DNA of 58,340 nucleotides, from contig JAUNFH010000001.1 in the NCBI GenBank assembly GCA_030525185.1, positions 1 to 58,340 of the forward strand. Reading direction: 5' to 3'. Positions 43,734 to 51,690 of this stretch are shown piece by piece. The position numbers were made by a program, and so were the translations under genes. The notes beneath the pieces were generated by a model. It saw nothing but the letters and a program-made list of their open reading frames with translations, did no database searches and was not told the DNA's origin. Numbering within the stretch: position 1 is the first letter of the stretch; the number at the start of each line of letters is the position of its first letter. Origin of the DNA: Clostridia bacterium. Lineage in GTDB: Bacteria > Bacillota > Clostridia > Oscillospirales > Acutalibacteraceae.

Positions 43734-43762
43734 TTGCTAACCGTGTCGAATTATGCTATACT
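43734..43762 (+). promoter_or_regulatory. Sigma-A promoter of lipase-like gene 1
   Basis: TTGCTA (43734-43739), a 17-nt spacer, then TATACT (43757-43762). The 5' UTR has a hairpin, TACTTTTC-accctttt-GAAAAGTA, just before the RBS. Confidence 0.6.
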
Positions 43763-43825
43763 TTTTAAGCTAAATTTTAGGTACTTTTCACCCTTTTGAA
43801 AAGTATACGGAAAGAAGGATAAAAC

Positions 43826-45760
43826 ATGAAGAAAGTTTTAAGCGTTCTTCTTGCCCTTGTGCTTGCGCTTTCGTGCGTTTCGGTTGCGGCCGCGGCAGAA
43901 GAAAAAGTCACCCCGCTCATCATCGTTCCCGGCTACAGTGCTTCCGAGCTTTACCTTGACTACGGCGAAGAAACCGAAGAGCATATTTGGGGCGTTCAGA
44001 TGAAGCCGATCATTGACAAGGTTCTTCAGCGTCTCGGCGCACTCGGCATCAGTCTCGGCGCACTCGGCGTCGGCGATAAGGAACTGCTCATCAAAACGGT
44101 CGGCGACGCCGTTCGCGAACTTTACGGCGTTCTTGCAAACAACGACGACGGAACGAGCAAGTATAACGTCACGGCCGCACTCACCGACCCGGCAACCACA
44201 ACAACAAAATATTTCGTTGATAAATACGGCGAAGACTCCGGAATGCTTCATCTTCCCGAAATCAACTGCCACTTTGCTTCGCAAATCGGCGGCGAAAACA
44301 TTTTCAACGCTCACATCGACTTCAGACAGGGCGCAATCAAATGCGCTCAGGATCTTCGCAAGTATGTTGAAGCCGTAAAAGAATACACCGGTTCGGACAA
44401 AGTCAGCCTTTACGGTCTCAGCCACGGAGGAATGACTGTCGGCGTTTATCTCAGCCTTTACGGCGACCTCGGAGACATTGAATCGGCGGTAATGTTCCAC
44501 CCCGCTCTCAGAGGCGCATACTTCCTCAACGACATCATTTCAAGAAATCTTGACATTGATTTCCACACCGTTGTCGAATACGCTCAGGTCGGCGCATTCA
44601 CCGAAACCGAATATGAATTTCTCATGGTAATCAGTCGCCTCGGTCTCGTCAACGACCTTGCAAACGCTCTCGTTGACGAAGTTTTCGACGATATCGCAGG
44701 CAACTGGGGAAGCATTTGGGACTTTATGCCGCCCGAATTTTATGAAAAGTACAAAGAGATGTATCTTGACCCCGTCGCAAACGCAAAGATTATCGAAGCG
44801 AGCGACAAAATGCATTACGAAATCATGCCGAACTATTCCGAAGCTTTCAAAAACGCTCAGGCTCACGGTGCACGTGTTTCGGTCATCTCGGGCACGGGCA
44901 GACCGATAATCACAGGCGGACAGGTCAACTCCGACGGAATCCTTGCCTGCTATTCAACAAGCGGAAGCGTTTGCGCTCCTTTGGGTCAGCGTTTTGCGGA
45001 CGGTTATAAAAAGTCCGGAAGCAACTGCGTCGATCCGACCCACAACCACGTTTCCCCTTCAATGGAAGTTGACGCTTCATATGCATACCTTCCCGAAAAC
45101 ACATGGTTCGTTGAAGGTCAGCTTCACGGCCAGGTTTGGTGGGACGATTACACAAAAGAGCTTTGCTCAAAGCTCCTTTTCTCCGACGAAATCGAAGATG
45201 TCTATTCAAGCGAAAAGTTCCCGCAGTTTGAATATTCACAAAACCCGAAAGACGAAATCCATATAAGTTTCGACAACGCACCGGTCGGCTTCCTTTCGCA
45301 GGGAAGCAAGGGTGTTTACATCACGAACCTTTCAAAAGAATATGCAATCAAGGTTCTTGGTCTCACCGCAAAGAGAAGCAAACTTTATTTCGATACCCTC
45401 ACTCAGTCGGTCATCAAAGCGGGCGAAACCGTTTATCTTCCGCTCAAGGGCGAAATTCCGAACCTCAACGCCGCAAAGGACGAACTTACCGTCAGCTATC
45501 TTCAGCTCGGTTCCGTTTCCGCACCGGGAACAAGAACATTCGACTTCACAATCACCGGCGGAGAAGACGTTTCCTTTGACGCGAAAAATCCGTATTGCGA
45601 CGCAAATCTTGCCGATCCGTTTGACGACCACATCGACGGAACGAATGTTGACAAAATTTTTGAATTCTTCGGAATCAAAGCGTTCATTTCAAGCATTTAT
45701 AATTGGATTATGACTTATCTCAAACCGATTTTTGACCTCATCGGAAAAATCAGAGGCTGA
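43826..45760 (+). CDS. Secreted alpha/beta-fold serine hydrolase (lipase/LCAT-like), paralogue 1
   Basis: RBS GAAGGA. Signal peptide MKKVLSVLLALVLALSCVSVAAAA/EE. TPLIIVPGYSASELY is followed by the nucleophile elbow KVSLYGLSHGGMTV (GxSxG). A conserved late block reads THNHVSPSMEVDASYAYLPENTWF. The aromatic C-terminal tail is KIFEFFGIKAFISSIYNWIMTYLKPIFDLIGKIRG. Confidence 0.65.
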   Translation: MKKVLSVLLALVLALSCVSVAAAAEEKVTPLIIVPGYSASELYLDYGEETEEHIWGVQMKPIIDKVLQRLGALGISLGALGVGDKELLIKTVGDAVRELYGVLANNDDGTSKYNVTAALTDPATTTTKYFVDKYGEDSGMLHLPEINCHFASQIGGENIFNAHIDFRQGAIKCAQDLRKYVEAVKEYTGSDKVSLYGLSHGGMTVGVYLSLYGDLGDIESAVMFHPALRGAYFLNDIISRNLDIDFHTVVEYAQVGAFTETEYEFLMVISRLGLVNDLANALVDEVFDDIAGNWGSIWDFMPPEFYEKYKEMYLDPVANAKIIEASDKMHYEIMPNYSEAFKNAQAHGARVSVISGTGRPIITGGQVNSDGILACYSTSGSVCAPLGQRFADGYKKSGSNCVDPTHNHVSPSMEVDASYAYLPENTWFVEGQLHGQVWWDDYTKELCSKLLFSDEIEDVYSSEKFPQFEYSQNPKDEIHISFDNAPVGFLSQGSKGVYITNLSKEYAIKVLGLTAKRSKLYFDTLTQSVIKAGETVYLPLKGEIPNLNAAKDELTVSYLQLGSVSAPGTRTFDFTITGGEDVSFDAKNPYCDANLADPFDDHIDGTNVDKIFEFFGIKAFISSIYNWIMTYLKPIFDLIGKIRG

Positions 45761-45776
45761 TTTTAAAAAAATTATC

Positions 45777-45814
45777 AATCGGCTGCCGTGTGTTTTGCGG
45801 CGGCCGATTTTTTG
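45777..45814 (+). terminator. Rho-independent terminator
   Basis: AATCGGCTGCCG-tgtgttttg-CGGCGGCCGATTTTTTG. Confidence 0.8.
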
Positions 45815-45939
45815 TTTGCCATTCGGCAAAGTAAAGCGTCACGGGGCATCAAGCGTTCGTCCGAAAATTTAATATTGACTTTCATGAAACCCTTCGTTGC
45901 AACTTTTCAAATTAAGCCGTTTGAGTTTTAAATTCACAT

Positions 45940-45975
45940 AAAAAGGAACCGCCCTTTCGGACGGTTCCTTTTTAA
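45940..45975 (-). terminator. Rho-independent terminator of the MFS gene (usable from both strands)
   Basis: AAAAAGGAACCGCCC-tttc-GGACGGTTCCTTTTTAAT. Confidence 0.8.
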
Positions 45976-46012
45976 TATTGTTTTTCTTTTTATGTACCGA
46001 AGCAAGGAGCGA

Positions 46013-47371
46013 TTATTCGGCGATTTTCTCTGTTTCCTTTGCTTCGGAAATTCTCTTTTTATGGTGCTTTGCGGCGAAAATTGCCGGAACAACCGAAAGA
46101 AGAATCACAACCGCGCCGACGAGGAAAATGTTTCCGTTCGGAATGTACTGCGTCTGTCCGCTTGCGGCGTCAACAAAAGTTTCGCCGCTCGTTTTGACAA
46201 CGGCTTCGCCGATGAGCGAACCGCCGATCATCGGAATGAGAACGAAGAAGAGAATCCAAATTCCCTCAAACTGTCCCTTACTGTCCTTCGGATAAAGCTG
46301 CTTTGTCCAAACCTTCGTAACCTGCAAAATCGCAACATAACCGACGCCGACAAGGAAAATTCCGAGCCAGATTCTGAGGTTGAAGATATTATCCGTATTG
46401 ACGTCCGCAGCCTTAATCGGAGCGATTACAATAAGTCCGAGAATGTTGACGACGATTGCAAAGAATGTGATCGGAATGTTCTTGTTTTTATTGATAAGAA
46501 TCGAAACCGGAATCGCCGTGAGCATTGCAAGAACGAGCGGAACCGCTTCGATAATTCCCATCATGTCTGCGGTATAGCCGAGATAATGAATGATGTAGTT
46601 GCCCATGTAAGCGAAGTAAACGTTGAATCCGATGAAGAAAACGGAAACCATGATGTTTACCCAAACAAGCTCTTTAAGCTTAAAGAACTCCTTGAAATTG
46701 AAAACGCTCAAAAACTGCTTTGTGAACGAGCCGCGAACCGAAGGCGCAACGTCGTCTCCCTTTCCGAGCGAGAACAGCGAAATGATTCCGAAAGCAATTA
46801 CGAAAACGCCCATAACAACGAAAAGGCGCATATAATTGTCGTTTTCGCCGACGAGAAGTCCGCCGATAACCGTTCCGAGAATAGTTCCGAGAACGGGTTG
46901 GGTTGCAAGCGCCGCACCGATTTGGCCGCGGTTTTTGTCGGTCATGATGTCGTTTGTCCAGGTGTTGAAGCCCGCGTCGTTACCCATTGAGCCGAAGAAG
47001 CTCATGATTGTGTCTGCGGCAACAACGGCAATTGCGGCAAGAAGATAATGACTCTTGCTGATGAATTCCGTCATTCCGAACGCAATCGTGAAGATACCCC
47101 AGAGGATATATCCGATTGAAATGAACATTCTGCGCTTTCCGGTTCTGTCTGCCCACGTTCCGAAAAAGAACGTTGCAAACGTTGTTGCGGCGGCGCTGCA
47201 AATGAGCATTCCGGTGATGATTGACGGATCTTTTGCGATTTTTGAATAGACAAAAGTGTTAAACCACTGGTTTTCCATATTCCAGCAAATCTGACCCGCA
47301 AGGCCGAGACCCCAAACAAGAAGCCACATTTTAAAGCCGGAGGCCTTTTTTTGAAGCTTTGATTCTTTCAT
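46013..47371 (-). CDS. MFS transporter
   Basis: ORF 46013..47392, with the start moved to ATG 47371 (MKESKL), 7 nt after AAAGGAG. About 12 TM segments. The N-terminal region WLLVWGLGLAGQICWNMENQWFNTFVY and the loop WADRTGKRR are typical of MFS/GPH-like sugar or lipid carriers. Substrate unknown. Confidence 0.7.
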   Translation of the reverse strand: MKESKLQKKASGFKMWLLVWGLGLAGQICWNMENQWFNTFVYSKIAKDPSIITGMLICSAAATTFATFFFGTWADRTGKRRMFISIGYILWGIFTIAFGMTEFISKSHYLLAAIAVVAADTIMSFFGSMGNDAGFNTWTNDIMTDKNRGQIGAALATQPVLGTILGTVIGGLLVGENDNYMRLFVVMGVFVIAFGIISLFSLGKGDDVAPSVRGSFTKQFLSVFNFKEFFKLKELVWVNIMVSVFFIGFNVYFAYMGNYIIHYLGYTADMMGIIEAVPLVLAMLTAIPVSILINKNKNIPITFFAIVVNILGLIVIAPIKAADVNTDNIFNLRIWLGIFLVGVGYVAILQVTKVWTKQLYPKDSKGQFEGIWILFFVLIPMIGGSLIGEAVVKTSGETFVDAASGQTQYIPNGNIFLVGAVVILLSVVPAIFAAKHHKKRISEAKETEKIAE

Positions 47372-47396
47372 TGATTTTCTCCTTTTAAGCATAATT

Positions 47397-47427
47397 CCCC
47401 GGGCAGGGCAAAAAGCCTTGCCCGGGG
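47397..47427. other. GC-rich 13-bp hairpin without a U-tract between the DUF1667 and MFS genes
   Basis: CCCCGGGCAGGGC-aaaaa-GCCTTGCCCGGGG. No T-run follows on either strand, so it is not a canonical terminator. It could be a processing or stability element, or a weak pause site. Confidence 0.4.
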
Positions 47428-47433
47428 AAAAAT

Positions 47434-47793
47434 TTACATTTCATTCGTTGCAACAATGTCAACGCCGGTGTCACAAACATTGCTGATGAGTACTTCACCG
47501 ATTTTTATCGGTGCGTCAACAACCTCGTTGTTGATTGCTTTCATGCATTCAAACATCATGCCCTTCGGAATCGGGGCAGAAGTTTTGACGGGAACAACGG
47601 GGTGATTTCCGCCGTTGACCTTCATTGTCGAAGTGAGCATACGAACCGGGTTCGTACATTCGTCTCTTGCATATTTATCTCCGCGCTTGCAGGTGTTTCC
47701 CGAAACGGACAAAACTTCCTTTCCGTCCTCGGAAAGCTCAACCGAAAGCGAACAGCCGATCGGGCAGGATACACAAACAAGTTCTCTTTTCAT
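47434..47793 (-). CDS. DUF1667 domain protein
   Basis: ORF 47434..47820, with the start at ATG 47793, 7 nt after GGAGGTG. MKRELVCVSCPIGCSLSVE...GNTCKRG is a Cys-rich signature typical of the third gene in clostridial GlpA-like clusters. Confidence 0.75.
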   Translation of the reverse strand: MKRELVCVSCPIGCSLSVELSEDGKEVLSVSGNTCKRGDKYARDECTNPVRMLTSTMKVNGGNHPVVPVKTSAPIPKGMMFECMKAINNEVVDAPIKIGEVLISNVCDTGVDIVATNEM

Positions 47794-47797
47794 TGTC

Positions 47798-49054
47798 TTA
47801 CACCTCCGCTGAAACAACAAGCTCTTTCTTTGAAAGCGAATGGATGTCGTCCTTTTTGATTACGACATATTCCATTTCGCCCGGGCAAAGCTTGGGCTTT
47901 TTCTTTGAATAAATCACTTTGTTTCCGCTCTTGACGGTGATTTTTGCGTTGCGATAAACGTCGCGGACTCTGAAATAAAGTTTTACGTCGTCCTCCGTGT
48001 CAAGATTGATGTTTTGCGGAACAACATAGCGCACTCCGTCTCCGGCCTTCGTTTCGGCATACTTGAACGAGCGGCGGCGGTTTTTGGAAAGTATGTACTT
48101 TGCCGCGCCTTCACCGGCAAGCTGGCTTTCAAGCGTAACATAGTCAACGAGGTCATGAACCTGCAAAACGTTTCCGCAGGCGAATACGCCGGGACGGGTC
48201 GTCTGGCGGTTTTCGTCAACGACCGCGCCGTTCGTTACGGGATCGATTACGATTCCGGCCATTCTTGTGAGTTCGTTTTCCGGAATAAGACCGACGGAAA
48301 GAAGGAGCGTGTCGCATTCAACGAAGCGTTCCGTTCCGGGAATCGGCCTTCTGTTTTCGTCAACGTCGGCAATTGTTACGCCCTCAAGACGTTCGATTCC
48401 GTGGGTTTTGATAACCGTGCAGGAAAGTTTGAGCGGAATTCCGAGATCTTCAAGGCACTGAACGATGTTTCTTGTGAGGCCGCCCGAATACGGCATAAGT
48501 TCGCAAACCATTTCAACCTTTGCACCCTCAAGGGTCATGCGGCGGGCCATAATAAGACCGATGTCGCCCGAACCGAGGATAACAATCTTTTTGCCGGGCA
48601 TATAGCCGTCGATGTTGACATATTTCTGCGCCGTACCTGCGGTCATGATTCCGGAAGCGCGCGAACCGGGAATGTCAAGCGCACCTCTCGGTCTTTCGCG
48701 GCAGCCCATTGCAAGAACGATTGCCGTTGCGGAAATTTCAAGAAGTCCGTCGGCTTTGTTCGTTGCGATAACAACGTTGCCGGTTCTGATTTCGGTAACC
48801 ATTGTGTCAACTTTAACGTCGATGTCGGTTTCTTTGACTTTTTCAATGAAACGCGCGGCATATTCCGGGCCGGAAAGTTCTTCGCCGAAATAGTGAAGAC
48901 CGAAGCCGGTGTGAATACACTGCTCAAGAATTCCGCCGAGCGTTTCCGCTCTTTCAAGAATGATGATTTTTTTGACGCCGCATTCCTTCGCTTTGAGCGC
49001 GGCAGCCATTCCGGCAGGGCCTCCGCCGATAACAACAAGATCATATTTAAGCAT
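47798..49054 (-). CDS. NAD(P)/FAD-dependent pyridine-nucleotide-disulfide-type oxidoreductase
   Basis: YDLVVIGGGPAGMAAA is the first Rossmann motif and KKIVILGSGDIGL is the second. GVFACGN lies near the C-terminal third. Confidence 0.75.
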   Translation of the reverse strand: MLKYDLVVIGGGPAGMAAALKAKECGVKKIIILERAETLGGILEQCIHTGFGLHYFGEELSGPEYAARFIEKVKETDIDVKVDTMVTEIRTGNVVIATNKADGLLEISATAIVLAMGCRERPRGALDIPGSRASGIMTAGTAQKYVNIDGYMPGKKIVILGSGDIGLIMARRMTLEGAKVEMVCELMPYSGGLTRNIVQCLEDLGIPLKLSCTVIKTHGIERLEGVTIADVDENRRPIPGTERFVECDTLLLSVGLIPENELTRMAGIVIDPVTNGAVVDENRQTTRPGVFACGNVLQVHDLVDYVTLESQLAGEGAAKYILSKNRRRSFKYAETKAGDGVRYVVPQNINLDTEDDVKLYFRVRDVYRNAKITVKSGNKVIYSKKKPKLCPGEMEYVVIKKDDIHSLSKKELVVSAEV

Positions 49055-49065
49055 TTGTATTCACC

Positions 49066-50511
49066 TCACTTTGTCTTTTTGAAAAGGATTTTTGAACCGT
49101 TTCCGTGTTTGGTAACCTGGTTCATCGGAATATCAAGTTCTCTTGAAAGAATTTCAACAACCTTTGAACCGCAGAAACCGCCCTGACATCTGCCCATTCC
49201 GGCTCTTGTTCTTCTCTTCACTCCGTCAACGTCTCTTGCGCCGCAGGGAGCTTTGATTGCGTCAACAATTTCACCCTCGGTGATTCCTTCGCAGCGGCAA
49301 ATGATTTTTCCGTAACGCGGATCTTTTTCGATGAGAGCGGCTCTTTCCTCGTCGGAAAGTTCGTTGACTCTGACGGGAGCGGGTCTTGTTGTCACAAATT
49401 TTTCTTTTCTTTCGTACTGCGGAGCCATCTCGCGGAAAATCTGACCGACATATCTTGCGATTGCGGGAGCGGCGGTAAGACCCGGCGATTCGATTCCGGC
49501 AACGTTGATGAACTTGTCGTTCGCCTTGCTTCTTCCGATCACGAAATCGCTGTTGTCGCCTGCAATATGTGCGCGAAGTCCGGCGAATGAGGTGATTGCG
49601 TTCCTCGTTGTGAGGGTCGGGATAACCTCTTTAACGGCGCGCTTAACTTCGTCAAGACCTTCAATCGTTGTGTCAACGTCAAGCTTGCTGTCGAAGTCAA
49701 GGTCAATCGCAGTCGGACCCATGAGAACGTTTCCATGCGCCGTCGGGGTAACAAGAATTCCTTTACCCATTTTTGACGGACAGTGGAAAAGAACGTGGTT
49801 AACCATTTTGCTTTCGTTTTTGTCAAGGAGATAATATTCGCCTTTTCTCGGAATGATTTTGAACGAGGTGTCTCCGATCATGTTTGCAATCTGGTCGGCA
49901 AAAACGCCGGCGCAGTTGATGACGTACTTTGCCTTCACAACACCCGAAGCGGTTGTGATGAAGAAAAGGTCGTCTTTGAATTCAATGTCGAAAACGCCGC
50001 TGTTGCGTTTTACTCTTGCGCCGTTGAGGCAGGCGTTTTCCGTTGCGGCGATTGCAAGCTCATAGGGGCTTACGATTCCGGCAGTGGGCGCCCAAAGCGC
50101 GCCGATTGCTTTTTCGCTGATGTACGGCTCCATTTCGCGAAGTCTTTCCTGGCTGATGATTTCCATGTTCGGAACGCCGTTTGCAAAACCTCTTTCAAAA
50201 AGGTCTTCAAGCGTCTGCATATCGTCCCACGAATAGGCAACGACGAGCGAGCCGATGTTTTTATATGGTACTGAAAGTTTGTTGCAGTAATACGCCATAA
50301 GGGACGCACCCTGAACGTTGAGCTTTGCTTTGAGCGAACCCGTTTCCGCGTCAAAGCCGGCGTGAACGATTGCACTGTTCGCCTTTGAGGTACCCATTGA
50401 AATGTCACTGAATTTTTCAAGCATAACGATCTTGAGATTGAGCTTTGAAAGCTCACGCGTGATGAGAGCGCCGCAAACGCCTGCGCCGATCACGGCAACA
50501 TCATATTGCAT
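49066..50511 (-). CDS. FAD-dependent glycerol-3-phosphate-dehydrogenase-like oxidoreductase with a BFD-like [2Fe-2S] domain
   Basis: ORF 49066..50553, with the start at ATG 50511 (MQYDVAVIGAGVCGALITRELS). It has a DAO-family fold. The C-terminal CRCEGITEGEIVDAI...RRTRAGMGRCQGGFC is the BFD-like motif. Confidence 0.75.
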   Translation of the reverse strand: MQYDVAVIGAGVCGALITRELSKLNLKIVMLEKFSDISMGTSKANSAIVHAGFDAETGSLKAKLNVQGASLMAYYCNKLSVPYKNIGSLVVAYSWDDMQTLEDLFERGFANGVPNMEIISQERLREMEPYISEKAIGALWAPTAGIVSPYELAIAATENACLNGARVKRNSGVFDIEFKDDLFFITTASGVVKAKYVINCAGVFADQIANMIGDTSFKIIPRKGEYYLLDKNESKMVNHVLFHCPSKMGKGILVTPTAHGNVLMGPTAIDLDFDSKLDVDTTIEGLDEVKRAVKEVIPTLTTRNAITSFAGLRAHIAGDNSDFVIGRSKANDKFINVAGIESPGLTAAPAIARYVGQIFREMAPQYERKEKFVTTRPAPVRVNELSDEERAALIEKDPRYGKIICRCEGITEGEIVDAIKAPCGARDVDGVKRRTRAGMGRCQGGFCGSKVVEILSRELDIPMNQVTKHGNGSKILFKKTK

Positions 50512-50608
50512 AAGATCACCGATCCTTTCGTTTTTTTGATCTTTTCTTACCAAAGTCTGTCTGCGATTTTCTCAAAGTATCGGCAGACAGGGCTTCTTCT
50601 CACAATAG

Positions 50609-50637
50609 ATAATACCACTAATATTTGGAATAGTCAA
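50609..50637 (-). promoter_or_regulatory. Sigma-A promoter of the GlpA-like cluster
   Basis: On the minus strand: TTGACT (50637-50632), a 17-nt spacer, then TATTAT (50614-50609). The leader contains the hairpin CTGTCTGC-18 nt-GCAGACAG (50557-50590). Confidence 0.6.
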
Positions 50638-50731
50638 CAAAAAAAGAAGCCGTGGCTCTTACTTTTTTGTAAAAAGTTTGTGGCACGGGTTCTTTTTTCC
50701 TTATTGTTTTCAATTAATCCGAAAATTCCTT

Positions 50732-51535
50732 TCAGTCTTTGAGCGAAAGGAGACCTTCAAAGTCGATTCCGTATTTTTTGACGCCGTTCTCAATCGCTTT
50801 TTCAACCGCATGAACGGCTTTTCTCACCGCGGTTTCCGTTTTTTCTCCCGAAAGCAGCGCACCGAAAAGGACGCTTGAAAACGTGTCTCCCGTTCCGCAG
50901 GAAACGCCCTCATGTTTCTTTGAAAAAACATAAGTCACTTTTCCGTTTTCAAGGAAGGCAACGCCGATTTTTCCCTCTTCAAAGCTCACCCCGGTAATCA
51001 TCGGAATTTTGCAGCCGAGCTTTTGAAGTCCGAAAAGCGTTTCTTCAATGAAGCTTTCGTCATATCCCGAAAGGACGGCCGGTTTTTCAAGGAGAAGGGC
51101 GGCTTCGGTGAGATTCGGCGTGATTATATCCGCGCGGGAAACGAGCGCACGCATTTTTTCGCCGAAAGATTCGTTCAGCATTGCGTATGCCTTTCCGTCG
51201 TCACCCATCACCGGATCGACAAGAACAAGAGAATCCCTTTTTACGAGCGAATCAAGGCAGTCAAGCGCAAACGACGCCTGTTTGTCCGAAAGCATATACC
51301 CCGAAAAAAAGCCGTCAAAGGAAAGCGAAAGAGCCTTCCAGTCAAGAAGTGTTTTTTCCATTTCTTCCGTCAGGTCAAAGCAGGTGAATTTCGGAAATCC
51401 CGTGTGCGCCGAAAGGAGCGCAGTCGGCAAAAGAGCGCACTCAACGTCAAACGCGGAAACAATCGGAAGCGCAACGGTTGAAGAGCATTTTCCGAAGCAT
51501 GAGATATCCTGAATAATTACGGCCTTTTTTTGCAT
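50732..51535 (-). CDS. pdxK: Pyridoxal/pyridoxine/pyridoxamine kinase
   Basis: ORF 50732..51565, with the start at ATG 51535, 9 nt after AAAGGA. AVIIQDISCFGKCSSTVALPI, VDPVMGDDG, ITPNLTEA and GTGDTFSS are ribokinase-superfamily PdxK motifs. Confidence 0.8.
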   Translation of the reverse strand: MQKKAVIIQDISCFGKCSSTVALPIVSAFDVECALLPTALLSAHTGFPKFTCFDLTEEMEKTLLDWKALSLSFDGFFSGYMLSDKQASFALDCLDSLVKRDSLVLVDPVMGDDGKAYAMLNESFGEKMRALVSRADIITPNLTEAALLLEKPAVLSGYDESFIEETLFGLQKLGCKIPMITGVSFEEGKIGVAFLENGKVTYVFSKKHEGVSCGTGDTFSSVLFGALLSGEKTETAVRKAVHAVEKAIENGVKKYGIDFEGLLSLKD

Positions 51536-51611
51536 AAACTCAGTCCTTTTGATTTTGATGATCACTTTTTAAAGATTTTATCACAAAGAAAGCGAAATTA
51601 CAACCGAACGA

Positions 51612-51641
51612 TTGACCTTTCCCTCACTTATATGATATAAT
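51612..51641 (+). promoter_or_regulatory. Extended -10 promoter of lipase-like gene 2
   Basis: TTGACC (51612-51617), an 18-nt spacer, then TGaTATAAT (-10 at 51636-51641). Confidence 0.6.
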
Positions 51642-51690
51642 TTCAGACAAATGTTTCATAACGTTTTCAAAAAAGAAAGAGGGAGTTACA

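Noticed and set aside
43744-43750. Perfect Spo0A-box heptamer TGTCGAA inside the spacer of the lipase-1 promoter
   Set aside because: A 7-mer is expected several times by chance in 2 x 58 kb. There is no second box and no supporting context, so this is not enough to claim Spo0A control.
45992-46990. 332-aa plus-strand ORF antisense to the MFS transporter
   Set aside because: It starts inside the terminator region and has no RBS. The composition is highly charged and rich in N/R/E, which is atypical. The minus-strand product is a coherent 12-TM transporter.
48014-49186. 390-aa plus-strand ORF antisense to the FAD-oxidoreductase genes
   Set aside because: It is entirely antisense to two genes with clear Rossmann motifs and coupled RBSs. 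The sequence is rich in R/N/F/G with no recognisable motifs. Long antisense ORFs are expected from the codon bias here.
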